DNA of 63,068 nucleotides, the filler included, from Rhabdomonas costata (Eukaryota), in NCBI GenBank assembly GCA_019059605.1. It is 34 parts of 34 records of this genome, joined end to end, with 100 filler letters (N's around TTAATTAATTAA, not from the genome) between each part and the next. Parts side by side here need not be neighbours in the genome. Positions count along the whole stretch, not along the records: positions 40,880 to 42,636 come from JAHMHO010009508.1; positions 42,737 to 44,490 come from JAHMHO010009509.1; positions 44,591 to 46,360 come from JAHMHO010009510.1; positions 46,461 to 48,216 come from JAHMHO010009511.1; positions 48,317 to 50,073 come from JAHMHO010009512.1; positions 50,174 to 51,930 come from JAHMHO010009513.1; positions 52,031 to 53,787 come from JAHMHO010009514.1; 27 more parts are not named here. One strand, written 5' to 3'. Shown in pieces: positions 40,981 to 52,385 of the stretch. The stretch's first letter is position 1. The number at the start of each line of letters is the position of its first letter. The notes below the pieces were generated by a model. The model did not search any database. It had not been told where the DNA came from and was given only the letters and a program-made list of their open reading frames with translations. The translations under genes were made by a program, and so were the position numbers.

Positions 40981-42097
40981 TCCACAAACCACAAAGCAGC
41001 GCCTATAGCACAGGAGCACGCGTAGCCACTGCATTTACACACAAGAGAATCATGGAGTGGAGGGGGGAAGGTGAAACCTGCCGTAAAACAAAAAGGGAGA
41101 CTGTGGGCGCGGTCGAAGGCCACTCAGTCCAGCGGGTGCACGATTGCATCCAAGAACGTATGCTTGCATGGGTCATTTTAGAGGGTCAATTCAAAATTAT
41201 TGATGATAGGCAATAGTGTAGATTCGCGAGAAGCTGGGCCAACACACTATTTCATCATCTGCACCTGATCTCGTCAGGGAAGAGTCCTAAGCTAAATGAC
41301 ATCGCATCGACAGCTGTGTCTGTCAGTCTACTCCGTCACCACAGGGCAGAGGTCGGATGTCAAACCATCTTCACCACTTCCCGTGCTCAATCCTACAGCA
41401 CTCTCGATTTGCAAGCAGCTCCATCAATACCGATCGATCGTTTGCAATGAAGAATTTCGCTGAGCGGTAACTATGAATGGCCACATTAGGTTGCTCCGAA
41501 AAATCCAAGAAACAAACGAGCAAAGACACGTTATCTCACGGTTGCAAGGGAGAGCAGCGCCAACAAAAATGGCCAAAAAAAAGAGCATGAATGAATACAT
41601 CCATGAGAAGGTCAAAAAACGAAAAGCGAACAAAAGCAAATCAAGAGTGTGAGAAAGAGGAAAACAATTAAAAAAGGTCGCCAAAGGCTACACATGTTCA
41701 AACATCCTGCGGGTTGGCAGGTAAAAAAGCTCCCGCGCCGTTTCTGTGAAAAACCCATAAAAAGAACGGAATGGAGGGAAAGGGAAAGAGGAAATGACGA
41801 ATACGGACGAAACTTGGGGTTTCAAGGAGTCTTCAGGTTTGGTAAAGCGCCTTGAAGACAACCACCACCGGAAGTTCACTTCCCCGGACGCCGACCAGGC
41901 AGCTGTTCACATGTTACCACCAAAACTGCGGGTGCAACTGGAGACCTTTCACACACCCTCTCCGCGACATTCCAAGCGAACAGCGACTTTAGCCGCTAGA
42001 TTCGGGGGAACGCCCAGAAACTGCATGGCTGCCCCGTGAACAGCCCACGTCCCGGATCACGGAGTCTTTGGCTGTTGGTTGAAGAACCACTCCCCGC

Positions 42098-42583
42098 TCA
42101 GCTCCACGTCTCCATAGGGCACGCCTTCTCGAAGGTCGCAGCTCGCAGCTCAAGCACCCACAGGTGCTCAGGGACATGTCTCGCCGCCCCGGGGTTACGG
42201 TATTTCTTATGCAGGGCTAGCTTCAGCACAAGTCCTTCACAGGTTGAGGAGGGGGCAATCGAGGACCAGCCGCTATGGGTAAAGCCGCCGATGGTATCCC
42301 TCCACGTTCCGCTGACGCGGTACAGGTTGGGCTGCTTTGGGGCAAACTGAAGGGTCAATTCCACAGCATTGCTCCGCCCATTTTGCGAAAACACTCCCTT
42401 GACCTTCACCATAGAAGCAACCGCGGCCAGTGCGGTAGCGGGGAGGCCGGACTGACTGACCCATTCCCGGCGTGTGTGGTCGACGTTCGGCAGGGCAGGG
42501 CCTTGGGCGATGCGGCGCGAGCGCAGATGATGTATCACGCAGACGAAGACCACGGCAGCGACGAGACCACAGGGAATCCCCAC
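42098..42583 (-). CDS. Hypothetical single-pass membrane protein, partial
   Basis: A TM helix followed by basic residues and a beta-rich segment; exon boundaries are uncertain. Confidence 0.45.
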   Translation of the reverse strand: MGIPCGLVAAVVFVCVIHHLRSRRIAQGPALPNVDHTRREWVSQSGLPATALAAVASMVKVKGVFSQNGRSNAVELTLQFAPKQPNLYRVSGTWRDTIGGFTHSGWSSIAPSSTCEGLVLKLALHKKYRNPGAARHVPEHLWVLELRAATFEKACPMETWS

Positions 42584-42775
42584 GAGCAGCCCAATGCACA
42601 GGGGGCTGCAGCCTCCCCCTTTTCAACCGTTATGACNNNNNNNNNNNNNNNNNNNNNNNNNNNNNNNNNNNNNNNNNNNNTTAATTAATTAANNNNNNNN
42701 NNNNNNNNNNNNNNNNNNNNNNNNNNNNNNNNNNNNGTGCAGTCTCGGGGAGTCGCTTGCTTCTGTTTGACTTTC

Positions 42776-43898
42776 TCAATATGAGATGCCCAGCTGCCGC
42801 AAAGTTCCCAGAAATTTCTGCTCCAGTGGTGGTGGCGGGGTAGCCGGTGTGGCTGAGGGGCTACGGCTGCCGTCAGGTTCCTCCCCGCCCTGAGAGGGAG
42901 GGCGAGGAAGGGGGCAGCCGCCCAGGAGCAGTGCAGAGCGCACCACAGAGGGTTCGGCGACAGTCACGGCGGGCGGGGCCAGGGCGTCTCGGAGGATCTG
43001 CCGGTCCAGCTCGGAGTCACGCAGAAGCACGTCGTCGGCGTACTCGTCCAGGATGCGCTCGTAGGACAGCCCAGAGCCTGAGGAACACCACCGACACAAA
43101 CTTGGTGCACATGAGAAGGGTGAATGTTTTCTGGGGAGGACTCCAGGTCCACTTCCCTGGACCAACTTTCTATGGGGCATGGTCCATCCGGCTACAGTGC
43201 CTTGTCCCTGTCTCTTGTCACGCAGGGTTGGCTTCCCCATGTGACCCCGATCTTTGTAGGTACCTTCGGCGCTCGGACACTGGGTCCTCAATCACACTCC
43301 GGTTTGGGAACCACACAAAAAAACACTCATTCACTCACTCACTCACAAGCAAGCGGCTCTCTTTCTTATGTTTTGGGGTGTAAAAATGTGCATAAAAATG
43401 CAGGCGAAGAATAACTGCCGCTGTGTCGTGCGCATTCCCCTTTGCTGCATGCCGTGGGAGGAACATTACCTAACCTCTTTGCCTTTTCCTTCTCGACGGG
43501 CCACAATGGAAACCACGAAAATTGAAGGCCGGAATGGAATGAGCAGTGGGCGTGAGCGTTCACCGTGTGCGTATATGAGAGAAAAATGCAGCACATCACT
43601 TGTCAGAGAAAAGTGAAAATTGCTGCGAACCACCGCAACCAGAACAAAGTGTAATTCCTCAGCAATGAATAAAGGGGGCAACGCAGACCATCCTTCTTGG
43701 CCTCCAAAGCTTCTAGCAGCAGCATCCGGGACTGGGGATGGCACGGGTTGTGGTCCACGGAGACCGCAGTGAGAGTGTTATTGCGGTACAGCGCCTTCGT
43801 GAGAAGCTGCACCCCCGCATCCGTGATTGTGTTGTAGTCCAAGTTGAGAAAGGTCAGAGTGCGGTTCGTCTTGAGCATCTCCGCGATGTACTCTGCCC
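42776..43898 (-). CDS. RNase-inhibitor-like LRR protein, C-terminal exons
   Basis: GAEYIAEMLKTNRTLTFLNLDYNTITDAGVQLL, spliced to GSGLSYERILDEY... Confidence 0.8.
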
Positions 43899-44098
43899 CT
43901 GAGGTGACAACCAATACAATTTCCCGGAAAAAGGAAAGTGGTGAAGACAAGGAATATGAATGACGCTAATCATGTGACGGAGATAGAATAAGTGCAGAAA
44001 AACCCTTCTGTTCTGCACACACAAATGTAGGTGCACAACGACATCCTGCATTTTTCTGTAACGCTTCCCCACAAACCTAGGTGAAGGCTACGTACCAC

Positions 44099-44310
44099 CT
44101 TAGGGTGGGGAGTAGACTGAACCATCATTCTTAGGGAGGGAGGGACGCAAGGACCGACCGACCAGCAAGAAACACCCCCTAGCATCAAGAATACACCCTA
44201 AGCCCTCAGAATACGGTAGGGGTATCGGAGCATGGGTCTGAGCGCAGCGAGGGAGCCATGCGTAGAAGGAAGGCACCGCAGGTGGGAATGCCTCATCTTT
44301 ACACCCCTAC
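44099..44310 (+). other. Multi-hairpin non-coding element (possible mobile-element end or ssDNA structure)
   Basis: Two closing stems enclose a tandem-GA hairpin and two GCA-triloop hairpins. Confidence 0.5.
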
Positions 44311-45030
44311 ACTCCCTTCTTCCTACTCTCCCTACACTCTGACTCAGCTTGACATTGCCCGAAATACACCCTTACGTTGAAACCTGAGACCTTACGCAGA
44401 ATTCCACACCCTGACCCTGGCACCCAAGAACCCTCTGACATCCTGAGACACACAAGCGTAGTACAGTCATGCATCGAGCCACCCCCAAAANNNNNNNNNN
44501 NNNNNNNNNNNNNNNNNNNNNNNNNNNNNNNNNNTTAATTAATTAANNNNNNNNNNNNNNNNNNNNNNNNNNNNNNNNNNNNNNNNNNNNGGGTTTTTGT
44601 CTCCTTAATTTTCTGCACATCTGGAGTGTCTGCATTGAAGCTCAGAGGAAGCTTGAAGGAGCCACAAGGCACTGAAAAAGCATTGGGGGCCATACGTCTC
44701 AAAGGCCATTAGTTCAGAGAAACCCCGGTGAGGATGGAGAATCAAGTCCAGAGTGTAATCGTCCACCCCAAACAGCGCGCACAGCCTCGAGATCTCCTGC
44801 AGGAGGGTGCCGAAGAAACCAGGCCAACCAGCGAACAGTATTTAACCATATTTTCAACACAATACGATGAGTACAATATACTCATCCTTTGGCTTTGTTC
44901 TTTGTCTGTCCTTTAGAGCTCTTCTCTTCTCAGGTCATGTCATTTCACTATCTGTACGATCGCCGAAAGTCAGAATCCAGATTCCATCTTATGAATCGCT
45001 TGCTGGCGGGATGCCAGGTGACTGTTTATG

Positions 45031-45068
<38 letters not shown>

Positions 45069-45239
45069 GGGCGCATTGCGCGCTGGCTGTTGCCTGGTCG
45101 ACTGGTTGCTTGGTTGTTGGTGACCACTGACGAGCGCACGCGCTGTTGGCCACGGGTGCCGTTGGAGCGAACGGTGCCGTGGGGAACCGAAAACGGCTCA
45201 CAGCCGAACGTTCCACATCTGGTAACCTCCCTTCTGCCG

Positions 45240-45830
45240 CAGGTCCCGGCCATTGTCGCGCAGCTGCTCTTTTCCAGAGGCTATCTCCATTGCTCCATTG
45301 CCACTGAGGTCTCTGCGACTCCACATTCCTTCCTCGGGAGGCTGGGGCCTTTTCTACAGGCGTTGAGGTGCCAGCACATAGATGTATAGTTGCGTTGCGG
45401 GCTATTCCTGCCCTCTTCCGCTGAACCTCCGGTTACCTCGAAGTTGCCTCACTGACTCCTTGCCCTGGTGCGTCTGCGAGTACTTCGGATTTCCGTTGGC
45501 CGCAGCATAAGGGCTCTGATTTCTTGCGATGCTCGAAGTTCCGCAAGTACCTCTACGTATTGATTCAACCTCTACGCGGGTTCGTTCTAGGTGCTCCTCC
45601 CTCGGGTGCACAAAGGGACACCGTTAAAACTTGCATGCTATCCCGTGCCAGCATCGGTGCAATCCTGTTCTACGCTTCCTGTTCCATATTGTTGGGTCAG
45701 CGCATCTTCGCTCAGCGTTATTTTGACACCGCGGATGATTCCTTAGATCCGCTTTTCACGGCTTCTCGTATGTCGGCGTGGGGGTGGTTCAACATTCAGC
45801 TGGTGCACGATTCATTCTTGCACACAGTGA
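45240..45830 (+). pseudogene. Degraded BTB/POZ-domain gene
   Basis: LLFSRGYLHCSI...GVEVPAHRCIVALR...LYAGSF*VLLPRVH...LSRASIGAILFYA in shifting frames with stops. Confidence 0.5.
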
Positions 45831-46761
45831 GGTGCGTGAAAAAATGCGCGGAGGAGGTAGAAAATTAAGCAGGGAGGGGGCTTTCGTTTCACGAATATCT
45901 AAAGGAGTGGTCCACCCAGTAGCTCAATATCTATTTTGCTGCCAGGTTAATAAGGCACAGAGCCATTGCTGATTTCTTGCTGTTTCACTCTGACCCCCTC
46001 TTGCCCATTTGAACCCATTTTTGCGCTCGCTGCACACTTTCCGCACGGTTTCGTGGTGCTGCCGTCTTCGCTTCCCGGTTTGGTGCCCTGCACTCTCACA
46101 ATTCGGTCCCCAACAAATTTTTATCGCTCAATTCCCCAGTGAAGTCACGCTCTCCACAACCTGTGTAAGTACCCAGCACTCCCGCCAGAACCTGTGCTAC
46201 TGATTGAACTGTACGCGTTCTCGGTGGTTCGGTGGTGACATAAGGCCTCTGCACTCCATAAACCCTCCTTCAAAATTTTGGGAGGAGTTCGATCTATTCA
46301 AAGTTCCTCGCGCTTCTGCATTCCGATGCTTTATATGCTCTTGACCGTGGTTGGGTGAGTNNNNNNNNNNNNNNNNNNNNNNNNNNNNNNNNNNNNNNNN
46401 NNNNTTAATTAATTAANNNNNNNNNNNNNNNNNNNNNNNNNNNNNNNNNNNNNNNNNNNNACCACCGAAAGGAAAGGAAAGCTGCGTCGGAGGGTGAGAG
46501 AGGGCGAGATGAAGCGGCAAAGGAAGGAAGTAAAGAAATCCGAGCAGAACACTGCGCCCGGCAGCATTACCTTATATTCCGCCTGTGCGTTTGTTTGGCA
46601 GGCTAAGTGTGCGCGTTGCCGGCCTGAATGGCAGAGAAAACCTGCAGTGCGAGGTAAGCATCTGTTTGTACGTATGAGCTTGGGGTGTTGGTGCATGTTG
46701 CCTTCTTTGAAAGGAGCGCTGAGAGCGCAGCAACAAGCGAAGCTAAATGCACACCAAGAAC

Positions 46762-47858
46762 TGTGGTGAAGGCATCCCCGGCTCCGACGGTGTCGACCAT
46801 CCCTGATTCCGCCGGGCACCCAGGGTGTTCACTGACTCGCTCGGAGGTACACAACACACTGCCATGGGGACCCCGCGTGAGCGCAGCCTGAGGCAATCAG
46901 TTGACTATGTGAAACCGATTTTACAGACAGGAAAGGAAATCGGGCACAGCGTCCAGTGATCTAGCACGCAGACCAGCGGTACTCAAGATAAATCGTGTGG
47001 GGTGGAAGCACGTCCAATACGAAGGTAAAAACCCACAGCAACTCCCTTCTTTCTTTTTAGCAGGAAGTTGAGGGGGGGAGATGCACTAACCCACACCCAC
47101 ACGACCACAGACGACAGTTATTTCTGCAGTGTAATCCAATTCCGGGGTAGGGGTACGGTGGCCGAAGCTTCAGTGGACAGCAATGATGGGGGAGATTGGA
47201 TGGATGGAGAGGAAAGGGACAAGGGCGAGGAAGGCTGAGAAAAAGGGATAGGGTGGGGTGGGGGCAATGACAATCTGGTCCGACTGACGTTTATCAGGGC
47301 AAGTTCTAAAATAAAACCGAAGCTCTGCACACCAGCTCCAAGTGGCTGTGACGCTTTAAAATGGCCCGCAGTTTGTCGACGTCGTCACTTCCGTCATCCA
47401 GACCCAGCATCTGGGCCAGCACTGGCAACTCGCTGTCGTTAACCTTAAGCACCTTGCACCACAAATTCGCAAAATAAACCAGCGTCCCCCAGCCAGAAAA
47501 CCTGCTCCTTCCCAACTTGCCCACGATCCCCTGCAAAACCCTTTCCAGGAGGGCGGTGAAAGTTCCTTCTATGGCTGCCATGGCGCAAAGAAACGCACTA
47601 CGCTCAAAAAGATCCACTTACGAGATCGGCAGAGCAGATTTTGTCCCTTCAGTGCATCATCTGCACTTCCTTCCCTCCTCACCACGTCTAATTAGAAGCC
47701 ATACCACATTCGCAGGTGCGCAGAACAAGAAAAAAATAACGTTGGGACATTCAGGAGCAATATCACACGCATATCCGCACAGCAGAAAAAAGGCAGAGGA
47801 GCATACGTGGGACAGCTCGAGCATTTCTACAACCAGCTCCTTGGTGTAGAACTCTTGC
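46762..47858 (-). CDS. PfkB-family carbohydrate kinase (fructokinase-like), 3 exons
   Basis: QEFYTKELVVEMLELSH|VLKVNDSEL...|AALTRGPHGS...VDTVGAGDAFT, the last being the PfkB signature. Confidence 0.9.
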
Positions 47859-48340
47859 CTAACCAGAAACGATGCAATGGAAACAGGGGTCCATTGCAAA
47901 GAAAAGGGTGGAGTGAAGGAACAGAAAATGGAAATTCCATGAGTTTGCTTTATACAACAGCGCGGATTCCAGAACCGTTGCATATCATACCAACGCAGAA
48001 AAACGAGAACAGACAATCCGTCAGAAGCGCAATCACAGACAGGGAAGCAAACGAAGAGGGACACCAAGAAACCTAAATCCAGCAAAATCCCCCCCAAAAT
48101 CCCCCAGTAATTCAGAATTCGCAACACCACGCAAACAAGGTATCCACACAAACAGCAACCCACAGTTGAAGCCGAAGAAGGCTTCACTGCGAAGCGCAAA
48201 ACACCAACCCACCACANNNNNNNNNNNNNNNNNNNNNNNNNNNNNNNNNNNNNNNNNNNNTTAATTAATTAANNNNNNNNNNNNNNNNNNNNNNNNNNNN
48301 NNNNNNNNNNNNNNNNGGGGGGGGTGGTGATGCTCTGTTC

Positions 48341-49256
48341 TGTGCTGTGTGCAGCCGGGAGGGTGGGCTTCGCTGCACAGAATGCAAAGATGTGCGGTAC
48401 TGCTGCCGCGCCTGCGCGAAGGTGGACTGGAAGCTGCACAAGTATCTAATAGTCGCCCCCATGCGCGTCCGAGCCCCCACCCTCCTTTTTGTATTCGGGG
48501 TGGGTGTTTTTGCTCGTTTTGTGTGATGTTGAGTTTTGGATGTTAGGGATCCATGCCGCAATGCAAAAAAATGTTGCTCAGTGAAATTCTATACATTTTT
48601 TTTTGCTGACTACTGCACATTGCCAACCTGCACTCGGGGTCAACGCAGCTGCCACGGGCGCCGCCGCCCCATGCACCGTTACGTCACTATTACTAAATTT
48701 ACCTTGCAGGCTCCTTTGCTCCGCGACTCCCCCAGCGCTTCAGGACAGCGGCTCGCCTGCCGCCGGTTCCTCGACACGCTCAGTGATTGGGCTGCTGCTT
48801 CCCGCTGATTCCTCCACACCTGTCCTCCTACAAGTCCCGCTTCGGGGGCGCACCCATTGCAGCAGTCCCCGCTGGAGCGTTGACCTACCAGAGCTTTTTC
48901 CGGAGCCCCCATCCACTCTCCTGGTCCGCACGAACCCTCTGCGGCTTTACCAAAAGCTTCGGAGCACCCTGGTGATCCACTACCGGGAAAGCCCTGCCGG
49001 CGATGCCTCGACCCACAAGGGTGTAGAGGCATTGGTGGGGTACCCCCCGGACTACCAGTGGACCGGTCCGGTTGTTGTGACCAGGGCTCTGGGTGTCGTC
49101 CCGGAGTCCGTGGAGGAGGCCCAGGACTTCGCGGATTTTCGGAAGAGGGATCTTTTGGTGGTGGGCGATTACCTGCGGTGGTACCGGGCTGAGGGGGCAG
49201 AGCACTGGGGGGACAGGAACCTTGAGCCATGGAAGGTTCCTGAGGAGTGCTTGTAG
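48341..49256 (+). CDS. MYND zinc-finger protein
   Basis: CAVC...CTECKDVRYCCRACAKVDWKLHK, a GT-AG intron, then a long terminal exon to the stop at 49256. Confidence 0.85.
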
Positions 49257-49527
49257 CTCTCGTGGCAACCGTTTCCGCAATTTCTTCATCACAAACACGT
49301 TCACAGCAATGAGATCTTTTCAACTGGATGGTGGTTAATTGTGTTTTTATGGTCAGGCACATAATATCCGAACCCCTCAAGGAGCAGCCAGGGTTGGGTG
49401 CAGCTGTTCATTGGTGGGCCACCAGTGTGGCCTGCACAATGCATGATCGTTACTCATGGGTGCTTTCAAAACTTAGGCTAATTATGTGTAGAACAGGAGA
49501 GGCCTTTTCCGTTCGTTGAAACGGCTC

Positions 49528-49596
49528 AACCTAACCCTAACCCTAACCCTAACCCTAACCTTAACCCTAATTAACCTTTAACCCTAACCCTAACCC
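49528..49596 (+). repeat. Interstitial telomere-type (CCCTAA)n tract
   Basis: About 10 partly degenerate CCCTAA units inside the contig. Confidence 0.9.
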
Positions 49597-49800
49597 CAGT
49601 TTTGTGCAACGCGGTTTAGCAACAAAATGGGCAACCCGCATGGTGCTACTCTCTTGAGACTGCATTCTTTTCTTTGCCCCGCTTACCTTCCGACCTCAAC
49701 ATCATCTTGCCCCCCTTGTCCCGCCACTGACAACCATTGCACCAACATTTCCATCCTCCAGCGTTTCTGCCCATTGCAAATGCTTTTTTCCCGCAATCGA

Positions 49801-49882
49801 ATGGCTGCCTCAGTGCTGCAACTGATGAATGGGTGGTTGCTCGCAGTACTTTTGATGCTGGCCCGTTCCGCCTCAGCCCAAG
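49801..49882 (+). CDS. Signal-peptide exon of a secreted or surface protein
   Basis: MAASVLQLMNGWLLAVLLMLARSASAQ followed by a phase-1 GT donor. Confidence 0.5.
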
Positions 49883-50173
49883 GTGCCTTTTTTTTGGGGG
49901 GGGGGATTTTGTCTGTGTGAAGGTTGATGTAGATTTCGCATGACGCCAGGATGTCTTCAGCGTGGTAACTTTTAAACCCTAAAGATCTCGAATTACTGAG
50001 AGACGGGCAACAGGCTCAATAAAAAGTATGTGGCTGAAAGTGTCGGCAAATTCGCTTCCAACCACACCCACCCNNNNNNNNNNNNNNNNNNNNNNNNNNN
50101 NNNNNNNNNNNNNNNNNTTAATTAATTAANNNNNNNNNNNNNNNNNNNNNNNNNNNNNNNNNNNNNNNNNNNN

Positions 50174-51769
50174 GCAGCAGGAGCTTCACCATGTCCAGCT
50201 TGGTGGCGCGCTGCAGGTCGAAGAGGATGTAGCGGTTGCGGTCTATGGACTCCGGCAGGGGCTGTGAAGAAACGGGAGGCAGGTTGAGGGGAGGGTGCCA
50301 CAGAACGGCGTGCCGCCCAGCCGATAGCCGATGGTGTATTTTCTCCAATACAAACCCCAGATAAATGGGTTTGTGGGACCTGCAACCCAAGCAGCAAGCA
50401 TCTCTCATCAGCACAGGAAGATACGATGCTGGAGCAAAGCGGTGAAGGTTGCTTTGGATTCCGTAAATGGAGGTGATAATTTTGTAACCCGGGGATTAAT
50501 TATCTTTGATGCACATCCACCACATCTGGTGGATAAACCTCCGGCTCCGGCACGAAGACCCCGCAGGGCATGGGTCCCCAGCTCACGGTCATTCAGGCTA
50601 GCATAACATTAGGAGTTGTTGCATAAAAGATTACCCAATTCCTCAACAACTTTCCTTGCTGCGAGGCAACAGCCAAACAACGAGATAAGCGTTTCCTTTT
50701 CGCGCCGGCCTGGATCTTTCTTTGTTTCTCGTTCTTTCCGACCTGTAATAAGTAGTATCCGGAATGTCTTCAGCAAGATCAACAGTGCACCGCATCCCAC
50801 ACACATGTATGCATACAAAATGAAAAAAAGCCTGTGTAGCGAAGTGAGATGTGGCCATCGCGTAAAAAAAAATCCGGTCTTTCTCTTGAATAAAAAACAC
50901 CACAGAAAAAACTGCCAAAATCCGGGCTCACAAGCACTCAAAATGCAAAGACTCACTGGGACCCTTTCACTACAATGGAGTGGGCAAGGGGGACGGGGTA
51001 ATGGAACGCTTCGCAAGGGTTTTAATAGGGGAAAGGCCCAAAGGAAACGTCCACGGTGAGAGGTGTCCCAGGACCTCTGGCGGGGCTCTGGCAGAGTGGC
51101 TGCCCTTGCGGCCGTCCGAGGAGCGAGGCTTGGGCTGGTCCCCCCCATCGGGCACCTTCAGCAGGGCCCGCACCGTGATGTCCGCGAGCTCGGAGCGGTG
51201 CATCTCCTGCAGCGCTCGCAGCTCCATCTGAAACTTCTGGCTTAGGCTGACCTCCAGCTCCTTTTGTGTGGGAGGGAAGGTGGGGAGCATGCCACAAAAT
51301 CGCATCAACGCAGGACCCAAAAGGAACCATATGAACACTCTGGGAGTGAATTTGGTGATTCATGGACCCACACACGCACACACGCAGCTCTCAAGAAACA
51401 AGTCACTGAACCTGGACAATCCCACCCTCCATCGTCAGTCGCTTTCTTACAGACATGCAGAAGCAATGCTTGCTCCAATGCAGAGCGACTGCGGACAATA
51501 ACACTGCACACAGAACGCACACACACAGAGCCCACACCTTCCAAGGAGGCGCATGCTCAAGGAAATGAGCATGCCCTAGAAAAAAGAACCTACACAACAC
51601 TCTCAGGACCTGACAACCTCTCCCTCACTGTAGCCCTCCACCTGAATCGTCCGCGCGTGGTCGGCCGCAGCCTCGCGGGCTTTGCGCTGGCCCTCCGCGA
51701 TTTCCCCCAGCAGCTGCTCCCGCTCCAACTCAAACGCAGTGCGCGCCGCGGCCTGATCCGTCAACAGCT
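50174..51769 (-). CDS. Hypothetical coiled-coil protein, 3 exons
   Basis: GC-rich AG/GT-bounded exons: LLTDQAAARTAFELERE...|ELEVSLSQKFQMELRALQE...|PLPESIDRNRYILFDL. Confidence 0.55.
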
Positions 51770-52039
51770 GAGGGTGAGCCCACGACACTCACAACACACA
51801 TCCCAAGCGTGGAAAGCAGGAGAGGGTTCGAAAAAAAAACTTGGAATTAATCTCTTGACGGGTCTGAGCGGGAGCCATCGCATCAGACCAGCTTTCCCCG
51901 ACCGGTCCGGAAAAATCACACAAATGGGGGNNNNNNNNNNNNNNNNNNNNNNNNNNNNNNNNNNNNNNNNNNNNTTAATTAATTAANNNNNNNNNNNNNN
52001 NNNNNNNNNNNNNNNNNNNNNNNNNNNNNNGGTGTTTGG

Positions 52040-52385
52040 TGGCGATGCCTAGGGTCGAAGGCGAGTAGCGAGGTGGATCTGGGGGGCTCAGCCCCCCCAG
52101 CAACTGCCTATGGTAGAAGGCGAGTACAGTGGGTGTCTGGTGGGGCTCAGCCCCCCAGCAACTTACCCATGGTTATGAGGCGATGCAACTTCCGTTGTAA
52201 TTCGGTTATTGCGTTTGCAGGTGGTTAGGAGGCAATGCCTAGTGTAGAAGGCGAGTAGCGGGGGAGTCTGGGGTGGCTCATCCACACCAGCAAATTACAC
52301 CGGGTTAGAAGGCGATGCACCTTCCGTTGGAATTCTGGCATTGCCTTTGCAGTGAGTAAGGAGGCGATGCCTAGAAGCCGAAGCA
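52040..52385 (+). repeat. Composite diverged tandem repeat (unit about 130 bp) with a G/C hairpin
   Basis: GAAGGCGAGTA...CTGG(G)nCTCA.(C)nCAGCAA occurs three times and GGCGATGCA.CTTCCGTTG.AATTC twice. Confidence 0.85.

Noticed and set aside
45412..45475. Resemblance to the ColE1/pUC origin-adjacent sequence (CTCTTCCGCT...CTCACTGACTC)
   Set aside because: Only short gapped matches, better explained by the BTB-relic repeat; no other vector sequence was seen
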